A stretch of 64,000 nucleotides of DNA from an uncultured Candidatus Saccharibacteria bacterium (GTDB lineage: Bacteria > Patescibacteriota > Saccharimonadia > CAILAD01 > JADZBC01): NCBI GenBank assembly GCA_964413715.1, contig CAYPSN010000001.1, forward strand, positions 10,613 to 74,612. The letters run 5' to 3'. The stretch's first letter is position 1; each line of letters starts with the position of its first letter. The translations under genes and the position numbers were made by a program. Shown here piece after piece: positions 19,236 through 29,500 of this stretch. Below the pieces are notes generated by a model that was given only the letters and a program-made list of their open reading frames with translations, made no database searches and had not been told where the DNA came from.

Positions 19236-22163
19236 ATGACGCAGCAGGATGAAGCACATAAAACAGCCCAAGCCAACCTAGAAGAGCAGATGCTCGAAAC
19301 TTGGCAGCGCGAAAAAACCTTCGAGACTTCACTGAAGCAACGTAAAGGTCGGCCAGTGTATAGTTTTTTTGATGGGCCGCCGTTTGCCAATGGCTTGCCT
19401 CATTTTGGCCACTCGCTAGTAACAAGCATCAAGGACGCTATGCTGCGCTATAAAACGATGCGTGGCTATTATGTGCCGCGGCGAAATGGCTGGGATTGTC
19501 ACGGCTTACCAGTTGAGTTTGCGATTGAGAAAGAATTTGGTGTTAGTGGTAAAAAACAAATACTCGAACTCGGCATAGATAAGTTTAATGCCGCTTGCAG
19601 TGATTCGGTTTTTAAATACAAGAAAGACTGGGAAGAACTACTCAAACGTCTCGGGCGCTGGAGTGAATATGATAACTATTACGCCACGGTAGATAGCAAC
19701 TACACCGAAAGTGTGTGGTGGGCGCTCGCTCAGATTCACAAGAAAGGCTTGCTTTATAAGGGTTATAAGAGCACGCCATATTGTCCGCGCTGTGAGACTC
19801 CACTGTCTAACTTCGAGGTTAATGATGGCTACAAGGACAATGTACCCGACCCGAGTCTGTATGTGGCTTTTAAGTGCGCCCAAGAGGACGCTTACCTTTT
19901 AGGTTGGACCACTACACCATGGAGTCTACCTGGCAACGCCGCAATAGCGCTGAATCCAAATGAACAGTATGTATATGCTCGGTTACTGGAAGGCCCCTTG
20001 CAGGATAAGGTGGTGATTTTGGCCAAGAAGCGCCTCGAAGCTCTCGGCCACGATAATTACAAGATCGAACGGGAGGTGGCGGCAAGTGAGCTGATTGGTT
20101 CATCGTATGAGCCCCTGTTTGAGCTGACTGGGCTAGAGAATACTCCACACAGAGAGAACCTGTATAAGGTGTGGGGAGCTGACTTTGTGAGTGTAGAAGA
20201 CGGCACTGGGGTTTTGCACGTAGCTCCTGCTTTTGGCGAAGATGATCTAAACTTGGGTCAGAGCCAAAACATCCCAGTCCTACAAACAATCGATGCCAGC
20301 GGTCGTGTGACTGCCCAAGTTGGCAAGCCAGAGCTAGTGGGAATGTTTTTCAAAAAAGCCGATACCCATATCATTGAGCTGCTTACTGAGGCAGGGCATG
20401 TTTATGCAGCGGAGACCAAGGAGCACACCTATCCGTTCTGCTGGCGCTGCGAAACGCCACTTATGTACTATGCAATATCTAGTTGGTTTATTAAGGTGTC
20501 GGCAATTCGTGACCAGCTCAAGAAGACCGCTGCAGAAATCAATTGGACGCCAGCTCATATTAAAGACGGACGGTTTGGGCAGTGGATTGATGGGGCCCGA
20601 GACTGGGCAATTTCACGCAATCGATATTGGGGCGCGCCGATGCCGGTATGGGTAAACGAAGCTGACGACAACGACTACATCGTAGTAGAAAGCTATGATC
20701 AGCTTCGGGAGCTGGCTCAAGATAGTAGTATTGATACCAGCGATGTTCACCGGCCAAAGATAGACGATGTGGTGCTCAAGCGTGACGGCAAAACTTACCG
20801 CCGCGTCGAAGAAGTGCTTGACTGTTGGTTTGAGTCGGGGAGCATGAGTCTTGCCCAGCACCATTATCCTTTCGAGAATAAAGATGTTTTTGCACAAGCT
20901 TTTCCGGCCGACTTTATCATCGAAGGCTTGGATCAGACGCGTCTGTGGTTTTATGTGCAGCATGTTGTGAATACCATTCTGTTCGATGCTCCAGCTTACA
21001 AAAATGTAATTGTGAACGGCATGATTATGGCTGCTGACGGGCAGAAGTTGAGTAAACGTCTTAAAAACTATCCACCAATAGACGATGTGTTTCGTACTGA
21101 AGGCGCTGATAGCTTGCGCTTGTATCTTTTGTCGAATCACCAGGCAACTGAAACGGCCGAATACATTCCGTTTCAGCGAGATGCTATGCGCGACATGCAG
21201 CGTAACGTTTTGGCAACATTGCAGAACTCGCAGCGGTTTTTTAGCATGTATGCAAAAATCGACAATTGGCAGCCGCAGTCGCCGGGTGAATTACCACATA
21301 GCGATCATGTGCTCGACAAGTGGATGCTTGCTCGTGTGCAGGCTGCCATACGAGAAGTTACGACCGAAGCCGATAATTATCAGATTGCTCATGCGATTGC
21401 CCCAATCTTTCGTTTACTCGACGATTTGAGCAACTGGTATATCCGCCGCTCACGTCGCAGATTCTGGAAGAGTGACGACGACACTGATAAGGCCGCTGCT
21501 TACGAAACATTGTGGTATGCACTGGTGCGTGTTTGCCAGCTGCTCGCTCCGTGGGCGCCGTTCACAAGTGACTACGTTTGGCGGGAGCTTACCAGCAATA
21601 CCGGTCTGCCAAAATCAGTTCATTTGAGCGATTGGCCTGAGGTGGAGTATGTAAATGCTGATTCGTTGGAGGACATGGAGTTGACTCGCCAGCTGATTAA
21701 GGAGGCCCTCTCAGCACGAGCCGAGGCAGGCATTAAGGTGCGCCAGCCGTTGTCGAAGCTCACCGTTTCTGCTGATCGAGAATTAAGCCAAGCGTACTTG
21801 GATATTATTCAGGACGAAGTTAATGTTAAGTCCGTTCTACAGACTGCAAACGAGAACACAGTTGGGGTAGAGCTTGATGTGGAAGTCTCCCCACAACTCA
21901 AGCGTGAGGGTATGATGCGCGATTTAGTGCGCTTAATTCAGAATGCGCGTAAGCAAGCAGATTTAGAGGTTGATGACAGAATCACTTTGAGCCTCGTTAC
22001 CGATAGCGCTGAGCTGCAGCAGGCAATCGATGAGCATCGTAATACGATTATGCAAGAAACACTGGCTACCGAAATTGCTGCCGACGAAAAGAGTTTTGTG
22101 CAAGATGCAAAAGTTGATGGCAGTGATGTCAAAATTAGCCTAGAGCGCAGCAAGACCTTATAA
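19236..22163 (+). CDS. ileS: Isoleucine--tRNA ligase (type 2)
   Basis: DGPPFANGLPHFGH, GWDCHGLP, WTTTPW, KLSKR; true start ATG 19236, since the upstream in-frame GTG lies inside the T-box. Confidence 0.95.
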   Translation: MTQQDEAHKTAQANLEEQMLETWQREKTFETSLKQRKGRPVYSFFDGPPFANGLPHFGHSLVTSIKDAMLRYKTMRGYYVPRRNGWDCHGLPVEFAIEKEFGVSGKKQILELGIDKFNAACSDSVFKYKKDWEELLKRLGRWSEYDNYYATVDSNYTESVWWALAQIHKKGLLYKGYKSTPYCPRCETPLSNFEVNDGYKDNVPDPSLYVAFKCAQEDAYLLGWTTTPWSLPGNAAIALNPNEQYVYARLLEGPLQDKVVILAKKRLEALGHDNYKIEREVAASELIGSSYEPLFELTGLENTPHRENLYKVWGADFVSVEDGTGVLHVAPAFGEDDLNLGQSQNIPVLQTIDASGRVTAQVGKPELVGMFFKKADTHIIELLTEAGHVYAAETKEHTYPFCWRCETPLMYYAISSWFIKVSAIRDQLKKTAAEINWTPAHIKDGRFGQWIDGARDWAISRNRYWGAPMPVWVNEADDNDYIVVESYDQLRELAQDSSIDTSDVHRPKIDDVVLKRDGKTYRRVEEVLDCWFESGSMSLAQHHYPFENKDVFAQAFPADFIIEGLDQTRLWFYVQHVVNTILFDAPAYKNVIVNGMIMAADGQKLSKRLKNYPPIDDVFRTEGADSLRLYLLSNHQATETAEYIPFQRDAMRDMQRNVLATLQNSQRFFSMYAKIDNWQPQSPGELPHSDHVLDKWMLARVQAAIREVTTEADNYQIAHAIAPIFRLLDDLSNWYIRRSRRRFWKSDDDTDKAAAYETLWYALVRVCQLLAPWAPFTSDYVWRELTSNTGLPKSVHLSDWPEVEYVNADSLEDMELTRQLIKEALSARAEAGIKVRQPLSKLTVSADRELSQAYLDIIQDEVNVKSVLQTANENTVGVELDVEVSPQLKREGMMRDLVRLIQNARKQADLEVDDRITLSLVTDSAELQQAIDEHRNTIMQETLATEIAADEKSFVQDAKVDGSDVKISLERSKTL

Positions 22164-22171
22164 TAAGGAAT

Positions 22172-23278
22172 ATGTTTGGGCTAAGGTTTATCCGTAAACT
22201 TGATGTAGTTGTCGGCGTCAGTACGCTTGTGCTGCTTGCTATTGGTTTGACGGTTTTGTACTCATCGGGCATTAAGCCTGCCGAGGTAGCTACCGAGATT
22301 GACCCAACGCGACAATTCCTTTATGGCGGCATTGGCTTATTGGTCATGCTGTTCTTCGCTCGCTTGGATTATCGTATCTTACGTAATTACAGTCTGGTTT
22401 TGTATGCGTTAGCCCTATTGGCACTTTTATATGTCGACGTTGCTGGCGCAACCCGGTTAGGAGCAACGCGCTGGATAGATATTGGGTTCTTTCAGTTTCA
22501 ACCCTCGGAATTTGCTAAGCCAATTTTGGCGATAGTGTTGGCCAAGTATTTTTCGCGTAACTACGACAATATTAACGAGTGGCGCTACTGGCTAGGGTCG
22601 CTTGTTTACGTGGCTCCACCCTTGTTGTTGGTGCTAGCACAGCCCGACCTTGGTACCGGAATGGTGTTTGGTATTATTTGGCTTTCGGTTGCTGTCGCAG
22701 CTAAGGTGCGTTGGCAGTATTTATTCGGGCTCTTTGCTAGTACTGCGGCAATGATTCCGTTAATTGTGCCACGTCTGCAGCCCTACCAACGCCAGCGGCT
22801 TACGACCTTCCTGAACCCTGCGGCAAACCCCACAACCACGGGCTATAATGTGAACCAAGCGATTATCGCGGTAGGGAATGGCGGGTGGTTTGGACAAGGC
22901 CTTGGGTCGGGGAGTCAGAGTCAAGGTAATTTCTTGCCATCTCAGCAGACAGATTTTATTTTTGCAGTTTTGGCTGAAAAACTCGGCTTCTTTGGTGGCC
23001 TGCTCACGCTCGTTGCCTTTTTAGTGCTAATTGCCCGTGGTTATTGGATTACTCAAATGGCGGCCGATCGGTTTGGCGGCTTGCTTGGCGTGGCGCTTAT
23101 GAGTATGCTGCTTTTCCATGTCTTTATTAATGTCGGTATGAACTTGGGCATCATGCCTGTCACTGGTATTCCGCTGCCGTTTATTTCGGCGGGTGGGTCG
23201 AGCATGATTGTTACTATGTTTGCTGTTGGCGTTATTCAAAGCATTTACATTCTACGACGCAAAAAGGAGTTTTTATAG
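22172..23278 (+). CDS. rodA: SEDS family rod shape-determining protein RodA
   Basis: GATRWI, QPSEFAK, QPDLGT, TDFIF, GIPLPFISAGGSS. Confidence 0.85.
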   Translation: MFGLRFIRKLDVVVGVSTLVLLAIGLTVLYSSGIKPAEVATEIDPTRQFLYGGIGLLVMLFFARLDYRILRNYSLVLYALALLALLYVDVAGATRLGATRWIDIGFFQFQPSEFAKPILAIVLAKYFSRNYDNINEWRYWLGSLVYVAPPLLLVLAQPDLGTGMVFGIIWLSVAVAAKVRWQYLFGLFASTAAMIPLIVPRLQPYQRQRLTTFLNPAANPTTTGYNVNQAIIAVGNGGWFGQGLGSGSQSQGNFLPSQQTDFIFAVLAEKLGFFGGLLTLVAFLVLIARGYWITQMAADRFGGLLGVALMSMLLFHVFINVGMNLGIMPVTGIPLPFISAGGSSMIVTMFAVGVIQSIYILRRKKEFL

Positions 23279-23835
23279 TGAGCCGACGAAAGAGCCTTAC
23301 TATATTGTTAGGTATAGTTGTTGCCTGTTTGAGTGTGTACCGCGGGATAAGTATGCAACAGAATTCGTCGGCTTCACAGCAGCCCACAAATCTAGGGGAA
23401 TATCGCGTTGAGAAAGTGGTTGATGGTGACACCATCGAAGTTCAAATTGATGGAAGAATGCAAAAAGTGCGACTAATTGGAATGGACACGCCAGAGGTGG
23501 TTGACCCGCGAAAGGTAGTGCAGTGTTTTGGGCGCGAAGCTTCGGCGGAGGCACACAAACGCCTCGAAGGTAAAACGGTGCGCCTAGAATATGATGTTCA
23601 GGTTGGGGAGCAAGACAAGTATGGTCGTAGATTGGCTTACGTGTTTTTGCCCGATGGCAGCAACTATGCTGAGACTATGATCCGCGATGGCTATGCCAAA
23701 GAATACACCTACCAAGGCCAAGTCTATAAATACCAGGCCAACTTTAAACAAGCCCAGGCTGAAGCCGCATCCGCCAGTCGGGGCTTTTGGTCACCAAACA
23801 CGTGCGGAGGAGATACGAAGCAAGCCGCAAAGTAA
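23278..23835 (+). CDS. Thermonuclease (SNase) family protein with N-terminal anchor
   Basis: VVDGDTI, VRLIGMDTPE, DKYGRRLAYV. Confidence 0.9.
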   Translation: MSRRKSLTILLGIVVACLSVYRGISMQQNSSASQQPTNLGEYRVEKVVDGDTIEVQIDGRMQKVRLIGMDTPEVVDPRKVVQCFGREASAEAHKRLEGKTVRLEYDVQVGEQDKYGRRLAYVFLPDGSNYAETMIRDGYAKEYTYQGQVYKYQANFKQAQAEAASASRGFWSPNTCGGDTKQAAK

Positions 23836-23898
23836 GGTGTGCACTGCTAGTATTATTCTTATGTTATACTAGCAATTAATAACAAGGAGAATAATTAG

Positions 23899-25200
23899 AT
23901 GGCCGAAGGGGTAGAGGCTGAAGCACAGCGACTTTATGATGAGCACAGGGATGCCGCATCCAAACTCCCGGAAGTTAGGCCAATGGCTTATGAAGAGCGC
24001 AGAAAAGTTGCATTAGAATTCCTTGAAGAGATTAAGGCTGCTGAAGTGGCTTCAAGCCAAGGTTTATTAGGTGGTCACATTTCTATTGATGATAAGTGGG
24101 AATACGGACATCCCGTTGACCAGGTCATTGGTATGATCCGAGAGTATGGTCCAGTGGTTGAGTCTGAAGAGGCTAATCCTCTAGGTTCAGAGACTGCAAA
24201 CAGAGATTACCAGGCTAATCTCCGTGAGGCACCACAGCATTTTCGTGATAACGAGGAGGAGTATAAGCAGGCTGCCGTGCAGAATGCACGTGCGGCTGGG
24301 GTTGAAGTCGAGTATCCCCCATACACTCACGTAGATCATGAAGAGACTCGTGAAAAACCGACTCCCAAGCTAGAGCTAGTCAATTTAGAAAATCAAACAG
24401 ATCCGGCCGACGACAGCACATATCAAGTTGAAACTTCACTGGGAAAAGCTGAGGTGAGTGCTCGGCAGGAGACTACCAGGGCTGAACATGTCGAGTCCAG
24501 TGGTCAGAAGTTTACCAAAGACTCAATTGATTATAGTGCGGTTCTGAGCCATTTAGGTATTCACACGGGTGGCGAAGTCGCTGGCAGCCAATTTAGTGGT
24601 GAGCTATTCTCGAGCGCCGAGGACATCGTGAAATTTATTGGGGAAGTGCTGCCCAGCGAGCTAGAGTATGACCAGTTTGGACGTGTGGAGCTGACACTTG
24701 ACGTTGCTTTACCCGAAGGCCAGGCCATTGGTTATGCAGGAGTTAAGAGTGTTGAAGAACTCCAGCGGTCAGGTATCTCGCCACAGCCAGCAATGCGAAC
24801 TCCGGGTGGCGAGTCGGGTGAAGTCGATGGATTGAAGGGCGCCTGGTATCCCGAGACCGTCCGAGATGCATCCGGTGCGTTTGTGGTGGCGACGGCCGAA
24901 GACGGTTCAGTTAAGAATCCTCGGGCAAAGTTTGAGCCAGAAGCTCTGATAGGTCAAGTAGACAATCCCGACGCCGCCAAGACAACTCGTTTAAGCGTGG
25001 TAATCCAGCTAGACAGAGAAAGTGGTAAACCCGTAGTACTCACAGCCTATCCAGGCGAGATTGCGCCTCCATTCCCGGTCAAAATTGACACTGAGAACTT
25101 TAAGGTCAATACCCTACACGATGGGCCCGAAGCTAAGTATTGGAAAGAACACGCCTTTCTTAAATTCTCTACACCGCGTGAGACAAGCCTCGACGCCTAA
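23899..25200 (+). CDS. Acidic hypothetical protein (433 aa)
   Basis: Long ORF with AAGGAG SD and upstream TGnTATACT; no recognised family. Confidence 0.75.
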   Translation: MAEGVEAEAQRLYDEHRDAASKLPEVRPMAYEERRKVALEFLEEIKAAEVASSQGLLGGHISIDDKWEYGHPVDQVIGMIREYGPVVESEEANPLGSETANRDYQANLREAPQHFRDNEEEYKQAAVQNARAAGVEVEYPPYTHVDHEETREKPTPKLELVNLENQTDPADDSTYQVETSLGKAEVSARQETTRAEHVESSGQKFTKDSIDYSAVLSHLGIHTGGEVAGSQFSGELFSSAEDIVKFIGEVLPSELEYDQFGRVELTLDVALPEGQAIGYAGVKSVEELQRSGISPQPAMRTPGGESGEVDGLKGAWYPETVRDASGAFVVATAEDGSVKNPRAKFEPEALIGQVDNPDAAKTTRLSVVIQLDRESGKPVVLTAYPGEIAPPFPVKIDTENFKVNTLHDGPEAKYWKEHAFLKFSTPRETSLDA

Positions 25201-25488
25201 ATGAAACTGAAACGCATACTCATTGTTGGGCGTGGCAGTGCTGGTAAATCGACATTTGCCAAAGTCTTAGGTAAGAAGCTAGGCTTGCTCGTGTACCACC
25301 TAGACAAATATTTCTGGAAATCTGGCTGGAAACCTCACGAGAATATTTACAAAATCCACACTAAACTTATCGCTTAAGACGAGCGGATCATTGAAGGTAG
25401 TACCGAGTATCTGGCCGAGCGGGCTCGTCGAGCAGACTTGTTCGCAGTACCGGTTAGTAGTAGAAGGGTTGCGGGCGGGCTGCTATAA
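25201..25488 (+). pseudogene. Degraded FlaR/DNA-topology-modulation (adenylate-kinase-like P-loop) gene
   Basis: Reads MKLKRILIVGRGSAGKSTFAKVLGKKLGLLVYHLDKYFWKSGW.., in-frame TAA at 25375-25377, then DERIIEG..ERARRAD continues the family pattern before truncation. Confidence 0.7.
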
Positions 25489-25496
25489 TACTAGAT

Positions 25497-26423
25497 ATGA
25501 GCAAGGTGTATGACGTAATTATTATTGGTGCGGGGCCGGCTGGATACACAGCCGCTATTTATGCTGCACGGGCGGACTTGAGTGTACTGATGCTGGCGGG
25601 AGATACCCCTGGCGGTCAGCTGCTACTCACCAACGAAGTAGATAACTTCCCAGGCTTTAAAGACGGCATTATGGGTCCTGAGCTGATGCAGCAAATGAAG
25701 GACCAGGCCAAGCGGTTTGGCACAGAAATTATTAGTGAATTTGTAATCAAGGTGGACTTCGCGGGCAAAGTAAAGAAAATCGATGTGCGCGACACTACCT
25801 ACAGCGCCAAGACTGTTATTATTTCGACTGGGGCTTCAGCGAATTGGCTAGGACTAGAGAATGAGCAGCGACTAATGGGTAAGGGCATCAGCGCCTGTGC
25901 AACCTGCGATGCTTTCTTCTTCCGCGACAAAGAAGTAGTGGTTGTGGGCGGCGGCGATGTGGCTATGGAAGAGGCCGAGACGCTCACTAAGTTTGCCAGC
26001 AAAGTTACCGTTGTGCATCGACGGGATGAGCTAAGAGCCAGCAAGATAATGCAGAAGCGAGCTTTTGATAACCCGAAGATAGAGTTTATTTGGAACAGTG
26101 AAGTGGTGGATGTGTTGGGGCAAGACATGGTAGAGGGGGTGCGCCTGCGTGACACGCAAGATGACAGTGAAAAAGACTATCCTTGCCAAGGCATGTTCGT
26201 GGCAATTGGTCACACTCCAGCCACGAAGTTGTTTAAGGACGTGCTCACACTCGACGAAAAGGGCTACATTGTAACTCAAGACCACTCTGTTCTTACGGAG
26301 ATTGACGGTGTGTTTGCAGCCGGTGACGTGGTCGATGCTCATTATCGTCAGGCGATTACGGCAGCGGGCGATGGCTGTAGGGCGGCTTTGGAGGCCGAAC
26401 GCTATTTAGCTAACCAGGGGTAG
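25497..26423 (+). CDS. trxB: Thioredoxin-disulfide reductase
   Basis: GAGPAG, CATCD, VGGGD, HRRD, FAAGD. Confidence 0.95.
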   Translation: MSKVYDVIIIGAGPAGYTAAIYAARADLSVLMLAGDTPGGQLLLTNEVDNFPGFKDGIMGPELMQQMKDQAKRFGTEIISEFVIKVDFAGKVKKIDVRDTTYSAKTVIISTGASANWLGLENEQRLMGKGISACATCDAFFFRDKEVVVVGGGDVAMEEAETLTKFASKVTVVHRRDELRASKIMQKRAFDNPKIEFIWNSEVVDVLGQDMVEGVRLRDTQDDSEKDYPCQGMFVAIGHTPATKLFKDVLTLDEKGYIVTQDHSVLTEIDGVFAAGDVVDAHYRQAITAAGDGCRAALEAERYLANQG

Positions 26424-26427
26424 AGTA

Positions 26428-27021
26428 ATGGCGAACGAGGAATACTATAAGCGCCAAATTGAACGTCTGAATGCAAAGATTCGTGAGCTTGAAGGGAAGA
26501 TTGCGGTTGATGATTTAACCAAAATCCTTAGCCGACGTGGTCTGGAAGACGCACTGAAGATATTTACGAATGAAGTTGACTATCAACTTAAAAACCCCGA
26601 TCGGCGTCAACTTCTCTCTATTAAATCCTTGTCGGTTTTGTTCATCGACATTGATCACTTTAAGCAGGTGAATGATACATATGGACATAAGGGCGGTGAT
26701 GTTGTTCTGCAGCAACTTGCTGCCACCGTGCGGAACTCGTTGCGTGGGATTGACGTAGTAGGGCGTTATGGCGGAGAAGAGATTGTGGTTGGCCTGATTG
26801 GTGCCGAAGTTCAGCATGCTCAACAAATCGCCGAGGATTTACGCACAAAAATCGCTACCCATACCATTGAGCTAGATGATGCCAAGGTACAGGTAACGGT
26901 GTCTATCGGTGTAGCTTCTATGAAGCCTGGTCTGGCTTTACATGATTTACTCGATAATGCCGATAAAGCGCTATACCAAGCCAAGAACAGTGGGCGTAAT
27001 CGAGTAGAGGTCTATGCTTAG
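26428..27021 (+). CDS. Diguanylate cyclase (coiled coil plus GGDEF domain)
   Basis: DIDHFKQVNDTYGHKGGD, RGID I-site, RYGGEEI, ADKALYQAK. Confidence 0.9.
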   Translation: MANEEYYKRQIERLNAKIRELEGKIAVDDLTKILSRRGLEDALKIFTNEVDYQLKNPDRRQLLSIKSLSVLFIDIDHFKQVNDTYGHKGGDVVLQQLAATVRNSLRGIDVVGRYGGEEIVVGLIGAEVQHAQQIAEDLRTKIATHTIELDDAKVQVTVSIGVASMKPGLALHDLLDNADKALYQAKNSGRNRVEVYA

Positions 27022-27517
27022 GGCGTCTCGAAAAATCGATGGACTTTATTCGATTGGGGCGATTCGACCACTGCATTGTCGTGCACTGGCGCAATTATTT
27101 CGCCATGCGATTGAAAATGATTTTAGTTACTACAGTAGCGATTATCAAAAGTTAACACAGCGTCAAAACACGGCAGCGAAGCTGTGTCTCGGCGCATTGC
27201 GTAAAAGTCGAGTCTTGATTGGCGTATGGTACACGGGCGAACTGGTAGGCTATCTCATTGGCGCAACCAGGCCGGGCAGTAGTGATGGCGATGTATTCTG
27301 GCTGTATGTGCGTCCTGACCATCGTGGTAAAAAGCTCGGTGCAGATTTGCTGCTGGAGTCTATTCGGAATTTTCGCGCGTTAGGCATAAAGAATCTCGAG
27401 CTGGTTACCTATGATCACGCCGATTTTTATAAAAAGCACGATTTTCAGGTGGAGCGTTTGGCCAAGGGCTTTATCGGTGGTCAAGATGTGTATATTATGA
27501 AAAGGTCATTGGTCTAG
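27014..27517 (+). CDS. GNAT family N-acetyltransferase
   Basis: LYVRPDHRGKKLG acetyl-CoA motif A, FYKKHDF. Confidence 0.85.
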   Translation: MLRASRKIDGLYSIGAIRPLHCRALAQLFRHAIENDFSYYSSDYQKLTQRQNTAAKLCLGALRKSRVLIGVWYTGELVGYLIGATRPGSSDGDVFWLYVRPDHRGKKLGADLLLESIRNFRALGIKNLELVTYDHADFYKKHDFQVERLAKGFIGGQDVYIMKRSLV

Positions 27518-27520
27518 ACT

Positions 27521-28936
27521 ATGAGCAAGAGTCCAGTACAGAAGAAACCTAAACCGAAGGCTTCGAAGCAGCAAGCCCACGCTAATTATATGCCCCCATT
27601 ACCGCAACGAAAGCAGAAAAAGTCCCGTAAAAAACTGTTCAAGACAGCAGCTTGGCTTGGCTGTCTGTTGTTGGTGGCGGGTGTGGCCTACACGAGTTAC
27701 TCGTTAATTGTTAATGACGGAACCCGGCAATCTCGTGATTTACTTACTCGACTTGTAAGCCCCCAACAGCCACAGCCAAAGTTTGGTAAAGTTATTTCGG
27801 TTGAGCCGGCATTGCCCTATGATGCCGCTGCAACCAAAGCCTTGATTCTGCAGACAAATAAAACATTTAACACCCCAATTACTAGTGGCATTCGCAAGCA
27901 AGTCGTGCGCTACACTTCGTCCGACCAAGATGGTAACGAAATCCCAGTTTACGCGAGAGTGTATGCGCCGACTAATTTGGCGAACGGGGCGAAGCTGCCG
28001 GTTTTTGCTTTTGCGCCTGGCACGACAGGAATTGATGATCGCTGTGCAGCCAGTCTAGAGCGCCCACAAGTGGCCAATTGGGCAAACTATGACTCGCTTA
28101 TGGCGGCATATGCAGCTAAGGGCTATTTGGTGATTATCACTGACTATCAGGGTATGCGTGACGCCAAACGTACTCACCACTATATGGTCGGGTCGCAAGA
28201 AGGGCGAGCTGTGCTCGACAGTATTCGTGTCCTAAAAAATCTTGATACCACCAAAAGCGTAGTCGACACTTCAAATATATTCGTTTCTGGCTATTCCCAG
28301 GGTGGTCATGCCGCGCTCTGGGCAGATATGCTTGCTCGGGATTATGCACCAGAGTTATCCCTAAAAGGCTTAGTTGGGTTTGGGCCAGTAAGCGATGTAC
28401 GGACTACACTTACTGATATTACTCGAGGAGCTAATATTAACTGGTTTGGGCCATTTCTGCTAACCTCGTACCCAGATTACTATCGTACCAACTACGACAC
28501 CAGTAAATATTTGCTGCCAAAATGGCAAGAAAGCCTCACTAGCGATATTGCTACGCAGTGTATTAATACCGTTATACCTCATTGGGGTAAAAACCCAGCT
28601 GCAATCTACCAGCCGTCCTTTTTGAGCGCTTTGGCGAGCGGCAATTGGGGTAGTGAATACGCGGATTTCGCCAGAGATCTTGATAAAAACCGCGCTGGCA
28701 CAATTGCCACTGCCACGCCAAAGCTGATTAACCATGGCCGGCGGGACAATGTAGTTTTGGCGAGTCAATCAGAAACTTTGCGGGTACGTTTGTGCGGTTT
28801 GGGTGGTGGCACTACGACGCTGAAAATCTATCCTACGGCTACACATTATGACACTATGGTGCAGAGCTACAACGATACTCTTGTGTGGATGAATGCCGTT
28901 AAGGCTGGTCGGCAGGTAGTATCAAGCTGCCAGTAG
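27521..28936 (+). CDS. Membrane-anchored secretory lipase (LIP-type alpha/beta hydrolase)
   Basis: Basic N-terminus plus TM, PGTTG..CA, TDYQG, GYSQGG nucleophile elbow, D and H near the C-terminus. Confidence 0.85.
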   Translation: MSKSPVQKKPKPKASKQQAHANYMPPLPQRKQKKSRKKLFKTAAWLGCLLLVAGVAYTSYSLIVNDGTRQSRDLLTRLVSPQQPQPKFGKVISVEPALPYDAAATKALILQTNKTFNTPITSGIRKQVVRYTSSDQDGNEIPVYARVYAPTNLANGAKLPVFAFAPGTTGIDDRCAASLERPQVANWANYDSLMAAYAAKGYLVIITDYQGMRDAKRTHHYMVGSQEGRAVLDSIRVLKNLDTTKSVVDTSNIFVSGYSQGGHAALWADMLARDYAPELSLKGLVGFGPVSDVRTTLTDITRGANINWFGPFLLTSYPDYYRTNYDTSKYLLPKWQESLTSDIATQCINTVIPHWGKNPAAIYQPSFLSALASGNWGSEYADFARDLDKNRAGTIATATPKLINHGRRDNVVLASQSETLRVRLCGLGGGTTTLKIYPTATHYDTMVQSYNDTLVWMNAVKAGRQVVSSCQ

Positions 28937-29470
28937 AAAAATAAACATCTGTAGGTAGAAGAGGTTGATATTGACTACCTGGGCTAGCCAAAAGTACTTA
29001 TACGGCATGATGGTAATTATTGGATAGCCCGACAGAATAATTAATTCAATGGCCAGTGTTAGGGATCGGGTGCTTAGGGAGATGTTGAGCCCAAATGTAC
29101 CGACTATACCCATGGAGATAATGAACCCGCTCATAGCAAACGCCAGAGCGGTATGTACGGCGCTGAATTTTCCTTTAGCAGGCAGCACTGCTTGCAGCCA
29201 CTGCGTCATTACACCTGCGGATGCCAAGGCTAACATGAGCGCGTTGTGATATTCTAACCAGAAGAGACGGTATGAGAAGGCTAAAAAAGCCGCACCGCCC
29301 ACCAGGTGAGTTAGGATGTAGATAATGAGATTGGCGGGGGAAGCTACAGCGCGTTCACTAAGTGTGCAGTTGGCTTTGCCGTGTTGACGGTACAGCAGTA
29401 GGACGTGGCCAACGTTGATGACGACGAAGGAAATGAGAAGTGCTAATGATGCTGAAGCGTTCGTGAACAT
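28922..29470 (-). CDS. Hypothetical multi-pass membrane protein
   Basis: 182-aa ORF with about six hydrophobic segments. Confidence 0.7.
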   Translation of the reverse strand: MFTNASASLALLISFVVINVGHVLLLYRQHGKANCTLSERAVASPANLIIYILTHLVGGAAFLAFSYRLFWLEYHNALMLALASAGVMTQWLQAVLPAKGKFSAVHTALAFAMSGFIISMGIVGTFGLNISLSTRSLTLAIELIILSGYPIITIMPYKYFWLAQVVNINLFYLQMFIFLLAA

Positions 29471-29475
29471 ATAGC

Positions 29476-29495
29476 AAAAATCGCCCTAGGGCGAT
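29476..29495 (-). terminator. Intrinsic terminator after rplU
   Basis: ATCGCC-CTAG-GGCGAT hairpin followed by a T-tract on the minus strand. Confidence 0.55.
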
Positions 29496-29500
29496 CAGTG

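Noticed and set aside
25375-25377. Stop-codon recoding or alternative genetic code
   Set aside because: The stop is TAA, the downstream part is also degraded and truncated, and TGA ends normal genes elsewhere (secD, pyk, dgkA).
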